Positions 12,882 to 26,693 of a stretch of DNA of 64,000 bases are shown piece by piece. A program made the position numbers and the translations under genes. The notes beneath the pieces were generated by a model, which made no database searches, was not told where the DNA came from, and saw only the letters and a list, made by a program, of their open reading frames with translations. Position 1 is the stretch's first letter. Every line of letters begins with the position of its first letter. Origin of the DNA: Spironucleus salmonicida (taxonomy: Eukaryota); assembly GCF_000497125.1 (NCBI RefSeq), contig NC_090604.1, positions 516,651 through 580,650 of the forward strand, given 5' to 3'.

Positions 12882-13051
12882 ATTACTATATCGAAACTGA
12901 TATAGTATAGAATATGGAACTAGATGAAAGGGCCCCGTTTCGAATCCGCTCTGAATGCGAGGATTCGGTGCATTCCGCGCGAAATTCCGGTACCCGAGGT
13001 GGAAGACCGTCGCTAATCCACTTTGAGCAGGTTCAAATTCGGTATAGTAAT
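12882..13051. other. ~170 bp element with 14-bp imperfect terminal inverted repeat and internal hairpins (candidate ncRNA or MITE)
   Basis: ATTACTATATCGAA (12882-12895) vs TTCGGTATAGTAAT (13038-13051); internal stem CGAATCC/GGATTCG becomes CGAAGCC/GGCTTCG in copies 2 and 3. Confidence 0.4.
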
Positions 13052-13359
13052 TGATATTACTGTATACTACTATAGTATGAATTGCAGACAGGCGCGTGCT
13101 GCCGAACTAGGGGCTCCACAGAACACTGCAGGCGAGTTCGTAACAGCGAGCAGAATTTTCCCACAATATAGGCCCAAAGCTGCTGCGTGGAATAGGGCAT
13201 TGATGGTGTGCATTTTTCATGAAATCTAACGCACCAGACATTCGCTGCCTATATTTTCTAAATCCCATTCTTATACATATTCAAACATCATTTGCAAGAT
13301 CTCTGCATGCGCTCCGCGACCTTTTCGGCAGCTTCTTGGACACCTAGAATATTTTATCC

Positions 13360-14122
13360 TAGAGAATTTTCTTGCTTCTCTTCACAAGGTTAGATGGTAA
13401 CTCTCGGACTGAGCACATGTCGTCACGATGCCAGTAATCGCCGTAGTTCCTATTTTCTTACCTGATCTCCCGTTAACTCTGGCAGCCAGAATCTCTATAG
13501 TCTCCAACCGGCTCCGCAGGGAGCGCAATACCCGCCGATTTGAGTGCGGGGTTCGGCACGCATTGATACCAGGGTTTAGTTAAGGACATACAGGTAGTCC
13601 ACAGCGCCTAGTACGTGCAGGCGGAGTCCCTGCAGAGGTTCCGCGGTGAAACATAAGCTGTCCCCAAATGATCTCAAATCGGAGTGCAGACACCATCAGG
13701 TGTTATGAAATAAATTGTATTATCTCCAGCGGCAGATGGTATCCGGTCTGTTCTGGGGCATTTCCCGACATACTTTCGGCGCCTCTTGGATGGAGGGTCG
13801 TGGCAAAGTGATTTCAACCTAATGTAGTCGCCACTGACTTTTCTAGGTCTAGAGCTGAATCGTAGCGGAAACGCAGGTAGGTGGTCGCATTGGGAACTAG
13901 GGAAGACCGCACTGGCCATTTGCATGAATGCTCCCGTGACGTGTTCAGTACGTACAATTCCGGGGATAGCTGGCGAAATTGTTTTACTGCACGTGAGCTT
14001 GGCAGTAGCATGTACATTATGGGCTTAAGATGCTGAGGCACATTGGGGTGCAGGTGGGCAGAAATAGTCGGCTTTCAACTATCATCTGGAGTGGGCAGGC
14101 CGGAGGATGAGTTAGGCGCATA
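13360..14122 (-). pseudogene. Heavily decayed CRMP type A relic, copy 1
   Basis: Fragments in CRMP order across frames: ADYFCPPA, TCYCQ, FITPDGVCTPI*, DSACT, QCVPN, YCAPCGAGW, KIGTTAITGIV, LVKRSKK; they match AGNFCPAT, GCYC, HITTIAGQCTPTC, DSACKC, CLPN, NKIG.GAI.GI and the basic tail of intact genes. Confidence 0.7.
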
Positions 14123-14939
14123 CGAACGGTTCGGGGTAGGATGGAAGCACGCGCGGTGGAGTTTTAAAGATGGGTAGGTTTCATGGGAATATTGCGAGAT
14201 ACGGGGAATTGGGTCACGAGTGGTTGAACCAGCGCACCAAAGCATGTTGAAGCGAAGTCCGTGTTAGGGTAATGCATCAAAAGTGTTACAATGGTGGCTC
14301 GCAGAAAATAGGTGGGATGAGGATGGATATGGAGAGCTCTACTAATAACAAAGTAGCATAACCGTAATATAGGGGTAGGGCTCAAATGCTGCGTCCGCGC
14401 TAGGTGCAAAATAACAGCAGTGAGCAGCTGTATACGGCTAATACTAATTTATGCGATTGCTGGTAGTTTATCGATGTTTGATCTATAATAGTTTAAGATA
14501 CCTGCTCGGGGACAAGCTTTCCGCCAGAAACGGCCATTAGCTGGGTACCGAACTGTTTGGATACCGAATTGGTATGAAGCTAGTGTGCTGGTAGACTGAC
14601 ACCGCTTAATAAGGTCCTGAGGTATTTTATATTATTGGGGATGACATCAAGCCTGCTAGGTATGCATTATGAAACTGAACTCTAAATAATTTACATTTAT
14701 ATATAGTAAAGTACCACATCATCATAATGCCGTCCTCAGCTAAATCTTGTTGAAATTGCGTGCCCTAGCAGAAATGCACGCATGTTGAGTTGTAGTCTTT
14801 ACTGGTCACGCTACAGTGTAAATTGCCAATGTATCATGCCATTGCTCCAAGTCAGCATTAACACTGTTAGACCTGCATACTATTGGAATATCCGAGTGGA
14901 AAGCTTAGCACTTACGTGCAGGAACGTATATATTACCAA

Positions 14940-15716
14940 TCACTGTTACTCCACTCTCTTCTTCGCCCTCCTAACAAAATAGTAGGCCAGACCTCCCGCC
15001 ACCGCGCCGACGACCAGCAAGACCCCAATCAGGATTCCAACCACTTCCCCGCCGCTCAAATTCTGGCTATTATCTTCCGGTTCGGGAAGTGTCGGGTCGT
15101 AAACCTCACCTGGTACCACATCATCCTTGGTGCAGATTTTGCCTATCTTGACGAGCCCGTCGGCGCACTCCGAGCACTTCCCATCCTAGCCCCATTTCAT
15201 GTTTTTCAGACACGACTTGCAGCTTTTTGAGTCATCTGTACACTCGGCACAGTTTTAGGATGCACGGCAGTTACACTGGGACGTAGAATTCTGATTGCAT
15301 TGCTATGTATCGGAGATGGAACAGTATACAAACAACTAGTATGTGCCGCAACGCTGCGCACACTCTCCCGTTATCAAAGTCGTGGGCTTGCTGATACTGT
15401 TGTTACATTCTGCGCAAAATTTGAAAGAGGTGCAGGTGTCACAACCCTTGGCGCAGCGCTTGCATGTTTTACTGGTGCCGTCACAGAATCCAAAGCCTTT
15501 CTTACGGCATTCCTGATTTGTGGAGCACGTATCGACTGAAGGTGCGAGAGGTGCGAGGTCGGTTGGGTCAGATTTATCGGCTGGACTCTCGCTCTGCTGG
15601 TGGGGGGCGCAGAGTCCTTGGGAGAGGTGGTATCCGGGTGTGCAGGTGGTGCAGCGTCCCTTCTCGCAGGATGCGCAGTTGGGGGTCGTTTGGGTGCAGC
15701 TTGCCGAATCTGTCAT
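14940..15716 (-). CDS. Cysteine-rich membrane protein (type B), 258 aa, extended tail RRAKKRVEQQ
   Basis: MTDSASCTQTTPNCASC...; reads through TAG/TAA=Gln to TGA at 14940-14942; TM GILIGVLLVVGAVAGGLAYYFV. Confidence 0.9.
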
Positions 15717-16819
15717 TTTGGTTTATAGGTAGTGATAAAAATTAGGCAATATAGTAAGCCTTTTAGTTTTTAGTTTTTAATATGTGATAATATATAAATA
15801 AAAACGTAAATAAAATCATTCTAAAAATAAAATATATCGTCGTGGATGAGTAATAGCCTTAAATGCAATAATTTGGATAATGTACTTAATTCGCTTCAAA
15901 TGTGTTTATATAAACAGCATGAAAATTAATATAATGCAAATATAAGTTAGCGTGCTTTTAAGTAAAGGTAATATAATTACATTATAGTATTGATTCGAAA
16001 TATAGGAGAGAACAAAGTTAAAGCTAATATTTTTGATATGATTAAGTATAACATCCGAATCATATATTATTTTCTAAAATTTGGTTTCTACATGTTTCAA
16101 CATTCATAAATATAGCTAGTGAATGAGAACCGAGAATAGCTGCAACTGCCTTGCTTAGATAGTGAGGCCGTGCCTGGTGTTGGACACATGACTTAGCCTA
16201 TCTACAATATCGAATAGGAGTACCAGGTTAAAGAATGCGATACTGTCCTACCAATTAGGATCCATTCTGCCTGCTCTAGGTAGACTCACCGGAGTCCTAC
16301 TAGCATGGCCCATGGCCCAATTCAAAGGTGCTATCCTATTGACTTTCTACTTTGACGTACCTACTGCTCTGCATGGTTTAGTGTGGTTACTTTTAGGTGG
16401 TGCCATAACTTCCCTCCAGCGCGCCCCTTCTACCAGTACGGCTGCTCTACCGGGGATATCCTTCCTAACAAACTACCTATACCGTGCTTACATTAGTTAG
16501 AGTCATCAATCGCAAATTTAAAACCTACCAAATACTAAAGTTCAAATATAACTTCGCTAGCAACTGGAGTTAAATACGGATACTAATATACCCATAGCAT
16601 GTAAAGTAACCATGTAAGAGATTCTAATTTGTAGGCTTAATGTGCACACTATGCGCATTCCATGCGAGCTAGGACCACGACATATGAGTTAGCGCCTCTC
16701 GTTCTAGCTACTCTTCTTTCATGTCAATATTGCTAGCATGTATTTCTCTATATATAAATCTGCTAAAATATAGAATCATCACCTCCTAATATATTTATAT
16801 CATTTTGAAACTTTCGATA

Positions 16820-19800
16820 TTTTATCATTCACGATGCGGACAGTAAAATGTTCAAAACTCAAAAAAATTCGAAAATTCTAAAATAACAAATTTATTGGGC
16901 AGCGATGTCTAACTACTACTAAAGTTAATATTTGACCGCAACAAACTAACATTATTCAGGCTTCAATTCTGCTATTTACCATCGTACTGATAATCATTAC
17001 GCCTTATAGTGCTTTACGTAACATTAAGTTGCACGAATATTATATTAATCCTTTCCTATTTCCGTATTGCCTAGGTGCTGCTAAAATTTTTCTAGCTCTG
17101 GGACATCTACATGCAAGACCCACCTTATCAGCAAGGAAATGATTTTAAAGATATCACCAATATAGCGACGACTCCTCCAAACATATACTGATTTTCAATG
17201 TGGACTCTATAAGCCCTGCATCCCACCTTGCCATTTGCCATTAATTCATCAATTCCAGACAGCTGTTCCGCGTCTACCATCACCATGCGTATCCTATGAA
17301 TTCGCGATCCCCAGACCAAGAATTGACCAGAACTTTGCTTCAAGAATTGCACCCTTGACCATATAATTTCTGGGCAGCGTTCCCATTACAGCATGGTATT
17401 CTGCGCATTCCCTGCAGCACCAGGAGCCGCCTGGTATTTTGTATGTTAGAATGTACCCTTGGCGTACGGTTTATCGCGTTCTGTGTATTATTTAGCGGCA
17501 CTGATTAATTCTTGCAGTTCTTTGAAACCTCTGTGCAGATGTAGCAAGTCCCCATAAATTCGCTTAGCACGCTTCGTACTTAGTATGGTGAGCAGCGCCA
17601 TAGGCAGTGCAGGTTGTATGGGTTGACTTAAGTTCATCTTTAGAAAACATAGCTAGCGTGCTGAAGGGGGACTATTTGAATAGGTTTTGCAGCTTGCAGA
17701 AGTTTGCGACTCAGTATCGCAGTTTTTATAGCGAATGCCCCTTATTTGCAGGAATCGTTACAAATATACGCTCTTTATGCTAGTTAAAAGTGATATCTAT
17801 ATGCAACTCATGATGTTTAGATCACTGCATTGGATATTATCCAGTTTTTCGCTAATGCTTTCCATAATCTGTGAAGATACTATTTCAGCACCAGAATAAA
17901 TTTACCACTGCTAGTTGAAGATATTATTGGCTAGCGGAAGCGCAGTTTAACACTTTTGATGCCCTTTTTGTAGCAACACTTGGGCATGCAGAGCAGCTGC
18001 ACTAGCAGGTAGTTAGATCGCAACCGCGCCAGCGATCGGAGTCTACTGCATGTGATGAAACTAACTCCCCAGCTTTACTAATTCTGAAAAGTACGAGCCA
18101 GCTAGTGTCAGAACCACTTCCCTCAAGTTTTAGCACTTAACAGGAGTCCACACCTCGCAGCAAGAGAAATTTTCATCAGAACCTATCACAACCCTTTAGA
18201 ATGAGAGATTTCTTCCATATAAGTGAAATTACATTCACAGATAGTTAGCAGCAGAGTAGACTTACTATCACAGGTATTTCAATCTTCGACATCGGCAGAG
18301 TGGTCTTGCAGTTTACGCACTCCTACTCAGTAGGTGCTTATGCGGCCGACCCGGAAGTACTTGCTAGAAGTACATCTTCAACCCAATGCTAGCAATACAA
18401 AGTACCCGATGAGCCTATTTTGCGGTTTCATGTACATGCAATACACTAACAGCAACTGGTACCAGTTTTACGCATTTCTGGCTCATCGCCCCAACAACCC
18501 TCGCAATTGGAGTAACTATTGCAGTCTGCTTTGTAACATCGCTCACAGTATATTTCCCTCACTATAGGAAAGAGTTATATGTATCTTTCGCAGTTGCCCC
18601 CACCTGCATGCGGGCACTGTGCCGATACAATCGGAAGTAGCAAGAGGTAGTCTATGGGCAAGGCAGTCCAAACTACTGGGGCTCCCGGTTGGGACGCAGA
18701 GAAATTCATGCCATCCACTTTACTGGCATCATCTGAACTGCGGTTTCCAGCGTCAAGGATCAAGTTTCATCACAATCACCACTATCAGAAACCGCTATCG
18801 GATTGCAGTCACCACAATCACGTTACTGCCTGTTTTGGAGCACCTATTTTCAATCTGAAAACGTATCCGCGTTGAACGTTATACACGCATCGTTGCTAGA
18901 ATAAACATCATAACCCCTGGAGCAGACCTTATTATAGTGCAACCCCGTCAGCACAGCCCTGCAAGTTTTAGGCCTCAGGAACTTTTAAAATTCTTAATAC
19001 AACCTCTTCAAATATTCTGCAATAGCTGGTTTTACCAAAACTATCCACGTCAGAAACTTGCCGTCCTGGCATTCCTATTACTCAATTTTAAGCCAACTAG
19101 CTCAATCTAAATTTTTTTTGGTGCTTGGTGAATTAATGTGTATTAGCAGATTTACCCAGGGTACTAAAAGTTTTGTGCGAGCTGCATTATATTGAAATAC
19201 CTATCATCGTAAAAAGTACATTCCAAGTCACTACCGCATTCCTTGCAGCGATTTTCACCCGCCTCACATTTTCATATCTTAAGTTGTGAATTTAGCCGTA
19301 TAATACGCACTATCATTGTATATTGCCTGTACCATAATTACTTGTAATTGCGATACATTTGTTACAATTTTCAAATTTAACGCAAAATTAAGTATTTTTA
19401 TATTTATTATGTTCCCCGGATTCGTTTTTTTACAGGTTCATATATAGATCGTATATTCCAGTAGGCTGGATTTATTTTGGAGTATTCTTATAATAGATGT
19501 AGGTTTCGTTGCATTTAGAGCATTTATTACTATTGTTGGGAAATAATCCGTTTTAGCAAATTTTGTAGGTGGTCGCGTTCTTCCAAATTAGACAATTTTT
19601 ATGGCAGACTAAACACAATTTATCAAACAAGAAAAAATCTTACATTTCGTACACGTGCTAGTGTTGCATTCTGAGCAATTTTGTTGGCAAGTATTGCATT
19701 AATTATCGGATAGTTTGAATTCCTCAAAACAAGCTGAGCAGCTTTTATCATCAATACAGGTTTTGCAGTCATTCCTGCATTATATGCATTTAGCTTCGTC

Positions 19801-20151
19801 TCCTAAAAATCTATCTGGCTGGAATTTATCACATGCTGGATTAATTCCTCATTGAAGGCAGTTATCTGGACACTTTTTGCACGTATTTTCTTCCAACTTA
19901 AAACCGGATACGCATGTAAGACAATTAGAATCTGCATTAAAGGAAGCACAGTTTGTAGAGCACTTTTTACAGAGGTTATTGTGAACCGAGTATCCCAGAT
20001 TGCATTAATCACACGTTCTTCGACTATACAGCTAACATTCTGCACAATTATAAACTCTGCATGCGGAACATGGTTTATTCCACATACTCCTGTCCAATTC
20101 ACATACAAAGCCAATTGGGCATGTCTGACTCCAGCATATGTACTCTGACAT
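16820..20151 (-). pseudogene. Long CxxC-rich pseudogene, copy 2
   Basis: Homologous to 4400..7604; ATG at 20151; same internal TGA; divergent patch ~17000-17520. Confidence 0.7.
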
Positions 20152-20663
20152 TTTTGGAAAAGTGTCAGAAGATAAAGTATATAAATTTATAAATTAGTAG
20201 TGGTTAGTTTCTGAATAAGGTATTGTATATTGATTTTTCTTGCATGCATATGTTACTAAATTACCGGTGAACAACTTTTTAAAATGGCTATATTTAGCAA
20301 TAATTCACTATGGAGGAAACTTAAACTAGAAAATGATGTAGGTTACGAGATGATTTACTAATTATAAAAAATTATTATAATAATTGAATTATTTCGATAT
20401 ATCTTTTATATATAAATAATCATATAAGAGAAGATTAAGTGTGAGAAACTACTTTATTAATACTGGAATATATTATAAGTCTATATAAAATATATAAGTT
20501 TGAAAAATTACACTTATACTATTATAAAAATTAAAAACTGAGTTAAATTGTATTGTATAATATATGCAAAACATTACAACCTAACAGTCATTTTACTGAA
20601 TTTGACAAGTAATATCATTAGTAAGATAAATTACTAAATTTCCTGAATATAGACGGATTTCCA

Positions 20664-21518
20664 TCACTTTTTAGCCTTTTTAATTAAATAAAATGCCAGA
20701 CAACTCCCAACTGCCCCAACGACCGCCAAAACACCAACCACGATACCCACAATCACCCCAGTACCAATTCTGTTGACCTCTCCAGATTTTTCGTCCGCCC
20801 AGCACATATCGCCAATAAATTTATATCCAACAGCACATGTATTACAGGCTCCGTTATTTCCCTTAACTACATTGGGCAAGCACGTCTCACAGGCATCCTT
20901 AGAGGTGGTGCACGAAGCGCAATTGAAAGCGAATCCGCATTAGCAAGCAGAATCAAGCCCCGCAACACAGGCCGTAGCCATTCCGTTTTTGCAATATTTT
21001 CCGTCTTCCATATCCTTACAAGTCGGTGTACATTATCCAGCTATCGTTGTTATATGAGTAGTCCCATCGCACGCGTTGCAGAACATCGCCGAAGAGCAAA
21101 TATCACATTTATCACCACACTTCACGCACCTCTTTGAGGATATCTCGCAAAAGGTCGAACCATCATTATCGCAGTCATCATTGCTATTGCACACTTTGAC
21201 GCATTTGCCACGTTCCATTACGAACCTATCAGCGCATTTCTCGCATGAATTGGATTTGGTGCATGCGCCACAGCCTTTTGAGCATTTCTTGCAGGCATTT
21301 CCACTGAGATAAGTGCCAAGGAGGCATGTTGAACAAGTAGTACCATTGCATTCCTGACAATTTGTTGTCACTATATTATCCTTACAGTGGCAGCCTTGAC
21401 CAAAGGCAATCTCTTCTGTGCACGGTTTACAGGCAACTGTATTATGATCGGTAGCTGGGCAAAAATGATTTGCCATACAGTTAGTGTCACGTTGAGTACA
21501 TGTGCCAGGATCTGCCAT
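20664..21518 (-). CDS. CRMP type A, 284 aa, copy 2
   Basis: Same translation as 8117..8971. Confidence 0.93.
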
Positions 21519-23279
21519 TTTAAAAATAGAATATGGTATTTCACCTGATAATATGGAAGAAAAAGATATTGCATATTAAACTTCATGAGACATGCATATA
21601 TATCACTTTACGTTATAATTTAAAACCAAACTCAAATATTTTTAGTTTGTGATTGGTATATAATGTCAAATATATTACACAAATATAAAAGAAACTTAAC
21701 AAGACAAATATATTGAATTATATTTAACTGGGCGCTAGGACAACGATCAGCAGCCCACAGTAAAGCGTGGTCCGCTCTTGCCCATTTTCCAATACTTCCA
21801 CTCCAAAAATAGATTTAACATAATATTCCATTCCAATTATACAGCTCCACTCCAAATTAGTAAGCCACATTATTATAGACTCACTATCAGATTTAAACTA
21901 AGTCGGCCAACCAGCGTAAATTTCCTTTGGCGTTTGGGCCTCCCAAAGCCACTAAAAAGTTAGTTGGCACTGTCCAAATTGCGGAACCTAAACATTGTAG
22001 TTCCCTTTATCCCGGAGCGCAGCCCCGCCGCACTGCCTTTCTTGGCATCGGCCATTGTGCCCATTACGTTACAGCATCAGAGTTTTTGACGCAGAACCGG
22101 CCCGAATATCATGCTTCTAGTATCAGTAAGTACGGAGGGGGATCTTGGCAGCCTTCTGTGAGATGGGCTTCGCGGGCTGGGACGCTATCCGGAGCTGCGA
22201 TGGCCTGACTTAGTACCTCCAAGGTGCGTGGTGGACCACGATGGGCATATCAGCTGCTGCCCTGTATTGCGCTCCTGGAAAGTATCACCGTTAGCAAAAT
22301 ACTATTCTTACGCATGCCCAGCACACCAGATCGAGTACTAATGTGTTCATTCTACAGTTTCAGGGGACGTGTAAGAGGAGGAACGCGAGTGTGCAGCAGA
22401 GGTTGCAGAGGTTGCAGAGGACATCGTAGCAGGGCGTAGCGATACCGGTGGCCTATGTGTAGATAAGTGTACTGAGTCGTGTAGCGGCATATCAGCGACG
22501 CTCACGGTATTCCCACTCGGAAAGTGTACTAGTACTGAGGTTCTGCATGCGCCCAGGCAGTGATGGACAGTCTGCTAGGTAGCGAGGTCTGATATTTAAA
22601 GGCCAGCTACGTCCCCATGTTTCCCAGAGCCTTCCGCATGAAGTTCCAGAACATATAACATTCCAGATTAAATATAAAATCCCCTTCCATCTCAAGTTTA
22701 CCTTCGCTATGGTCACTATTATGCAGAGAGCCCGCCCGCACGATAGTATTTGCCGGTGCAGCGTGTCTACTGCCCCCAGCTGACCCATTCAGTGTAAAGC
22801 AAAAATAAAATTATTAGTACTATCCATTCCCCGCTACAACTACCATCCCACCACCACTCCCGTGCTAGAGGATCGGATCACGCTACCTACGCCTTTGCTG
22901 CACGGGCGTCGGACAGCAAGCTTTGGTACCACCTGCGGGGTACCTTCACGATGCAGTTTCGGCGAACGAGGATACTTGGTTGCGGGTATAACTATATAGT
23001 CCTGCACCTGGTTTCTTCCCTTCAGGCCGCACGCGAACCCTGAGCTAGTAGGGATTTGGTGGGAAAGCGCGGTGATGCCTGCACGCTCAGGCCCATGCAA
23101 AATGGTCCATCCTGCGCTGCTAGGCTTAAACTGAGTGGAGTTCCGCACTTAGGCGTTTACATTTGTAAAGGAACGCTTCACACTGGGGCGGAATGCCAAA
23201 TCGATAGTGGGATAGCACCCTCTAGCAGGGACTATGCCCAGCGCTGCAACCCACATCCCTCAAATTTCCACAGAAAACC

Positions 23280-24783
23280 TCACTAGGCCATCGTCTGGCA
23301 CTGAATCATCACGAATACCGGAGCCAGAGTTCACTGCCAGGAACAACCCGAGACAGGAGAGCTAGGCCGCGAGGAACATCACGTAATTGTCGTAGTCGTT
23401 CTCGGTGCTCGCCGTGAAGAAGCTGGACCAGCAGCCAGGATGCCGGCGATGCCCGGTTGGTCTGGTACGCGAGGATCTGCATCGTCCCTTCGAGTCAATG
23501 GAGATTTGAAGGACTGCCAGAACACGACCTCTAGCCTGCTGCTAGTTATCACCAGCTACATGGTGTCGCTAGTGTACGTGCAAAGGTCGTCGAAGGGGCT
23601 GCATACCCGGAGGGCAATCTTGTCGCTACTTGAGACGGCAATAACGGTCAAATAGATGCAGTGTTTGACACCTTACACCCGCATGTAGAACGGCAACTTA
23701 TGTCCCAACTCGCGTCGCGCTAATTGCTCTAGGGGTACAGATTCTTACTTTCTGTAAACACCCTGGACAGATCTCTTACGCTAGCAAAATATTCGTTTTC
23801 CCGTATGCTTCTAGCGAATACCCCGCAGTTACCAGAATAATTTGGTCCTAGTAGGTAAGCATTGAGATGAAGTCTGCAGCAACGCTATCTGCACTAATTA
23901 CACACTCCGGATGACTGCTGAACTGATCATGGCCCAAATATACCTGTCCGGGTCAAATAGCGCGTAATGCTGGTTCTCTCGCCGCACGCCAATGAGCCGT
24001 CAGCTTACTGCCGTATTGCGTCTTAAATAACTATCGTCTCGACTCCGACAGTATCGTAAATAAGCCCCACACCAAATCTGGACTACAAATTGGTAGTGAT
24101 GAAGCTAATTATAGTAGAGCACGTTTCATTTTCAATCTCGTCAACAATTTCCCTACACTGCAGCTAGCAACGGGTGACACGGTTGTGAACGCACGGATGC
24201 TTGTATTCGCCAGCGTCGGTGCCTCACTCAAAGTCCCTCATGACGAGATTTGTAGTATTCTGCTAAAAGGTGATCCTGGGGTACAGTTTAGCATCCTCCG
24301 GCATCGTGTAGTTGTTCGGTGACAGCTCAAAAAATATATTTCGTCGCCTTGGATCGCGGAATAGGAGAAGGCCAGGTTGCTCCAGTAGGAGGAGACGTCC
24401 GCTATCGGGTCCTTAATCTGGTTCAGAGTTCCCCGGTAGTCGCCTGCCTTCTGGATTTTTACTACGTACTCGGCGCTGACTATTTCGATCAGGGTCGTGA
24501 TCAGCGCTGGGTGAGGCTCGATATCGGAAATACGCCCTCGTTCGTTCGTGACGTTGGCGCGGTAGACGAAAGGGCGGGCAGTGAATACGGGGATACTACT
24601 GGTCGTTGTACCCTCGTAAATGAGCTCCGCAGCGGCGTCGGAGCGTCAAGCGCGAGGCAGAGGGTCCAGCGGCACCTGAGGTATGAGGAAGACAGTCAAT
24701 AGTCTGGACTGTATTTCTCCCTCTAAGTACGATTCCGTGGAGAAGCAGTTTGGGGCCGATGCGCACAGAGCAATTATGAGCAT
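23280..24783 (-). pseudogene. Signal-peptide membrane protein pseudogene, copy 2
   Basis: Homologous to 10710..12212 with the same early TGA. Confidence 0.58.
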
Positions 24784-25929
24784 TCTGGCCAAAGATAATA
24801 TTATGATATTATATTAGTATGGTAACTATGTTCGTTGTTGCTTTTACGCTTATTTGGATTTCATATAATAGGCGTAACCCGAAATAAGGTGTTATTCTGG
24901 AAAAATATGATAATGTGGAGTAGATAGTATCCTAGGCATAAATAGTCCAAAACAGCAGTTTGGTAACAAGTACTTATATATCATGCCGGTTTATAGTTAA
25001 TAAACACGAACCTCGTAGTATTTTAATTAATTTAATTACACTTGTTTATGCACCATCTCGCCAGTGCAACACACCATTAACTACTAGCAGGAACTTCCAG
25101 CTAGCTTTGAGCAACTACCTGTCCTCTTTCTGCAAGAAACTAAAATAATTACTATAGCATATAATATACAAATAATCCAATAAACCACAACTTCAATATG
25201 CTCTTATATAACTTTATTTACGATAACAACTCTATTCCATTAACCGCTTGGCCAGAGCGGTCAAAATCAACAAACCCGTCCAGAAAAAATGATGCGGGGG
25301 TCGGGATTCCTCTTTTCCCATTTACGATGAATTCTCTGACACGACTTCGTAAATGCATGCCTCTTAGCGCAGCAAGCCAGGCCGCAAAGTGGTTCGGGCG
25401 ATGGCTACGCGCTACCGAACTTGAGCGAAATATACCTAAGCCGTAGAATAGCATTACTATATGTAAACTGATATAGTATAGAATATGGAACTAGATGAAA
25501 GGGCCCCGTTTCGAAGCCGCTCTGAATGCGAGGCTTCGGTGCATTCCGCGCGAAATTCCGGTACCCGAGGTGGAAGACCGTCGCTAATCCACTTTGGGCA
25601 GGTTCAAATTCGGTATAGTAATTGATATTACTGTATACTACTATAGTATGAATTGCAGACAGGCGCGTGCTGCCGAACTAGGGGCTCCACAGAACACTGC
25701 AGGCGAGTTCGTAACAGCGAGCAGAATTTTCCCACAATATAGGCCCAAAGCTGCTGCGTGGAATAGGGCATTGATGGTGTGCATTTTTCATGAAATCTAA
25801 CGCACCAGACATTCGCTGCCTATATTTTCTAAATCCCATTCTTATACATATTCAAACATCATTTGCAAGATCTCTGCATGCGCTCCGCGACCTTTTCGGC
25901 AGCTTCTTGGACACCTAGAATATTTTATC

Positions 25930-26693
25930 CTAGAGAATTTTCTTGCTTCTCTTCACAAGGTTAGATGGTAACTCTCGGACTGAGCACATGTCGTCACGAT
26001 GCCAGTAATCGCCGTAGTTCCTATTTTCTTACCTGATCTCCCGTTAACTCTGGCAGCCAGAATCTCTATAGTCTCCAACCGGCTCCGCAGGGAGCGCAAT
26101 GCCCGCCGATTTGAGTGCGGGGTTCGGCACGCATTGATACCAGGGTTTAGTTAAGGACATACAGGTAGTCCACAGCGCCTAGTACGTGCAGGCGGAGTCC
26201 CTGCAGAGGTTCCGCGGTGAAACATAAGCTGTCCCCAAATGATCTCAAATCGGAGTGCAGACACCATCAGGTGTTATGAAATAAATTGTATTATCTCCAG
26301 CGGCAGATGGTATCCGGTCTGTTCTGGGGCATTTCCCGACATACTTTCGGCGCCTCTTGGATGGAGGGTCATGGCAAAGTGATTTCAACCTAATGTAGTC
26401 GCCACTGACTTTTCTAGGTCCAGAGCGGAATCGTAGCGGAAACGCAGGTAGGTGGTGACATTGGGAACTAGGGAATACCGCACTGGCCATTTGCATGAAT
26501 GCTCCCGTGACGTGTTCAGTACGTACAATTCCGGGCATAGCTGGCGAAATTGTTTTACTGCACGTAAGCTTGGCAGTAGCATGTACATTATGGGCTTAAG
26601 ATGCTGAGGCACCTTGGGGTGCAGGTGGGCAGAAATAGTCGGCTTTCAGGTCTTGCCTGGTGTGGGTGGGCAGGAGGATGAGTTACGCGCATA
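25930..26693 (-). pseudogene. Decayed CRMP relic, copy 2
   Basis: Homologous to 13360..14122. Confidence 0.65.

Noticed and set aside
12895-13050. Hammerhead ribozyme, tRNA or RNase P identity for the hairpin element
   Set aside because: No CUGANGA/GAAA core in the right arrangement, no cloverleaf, and no convincing P4 pairing by eye
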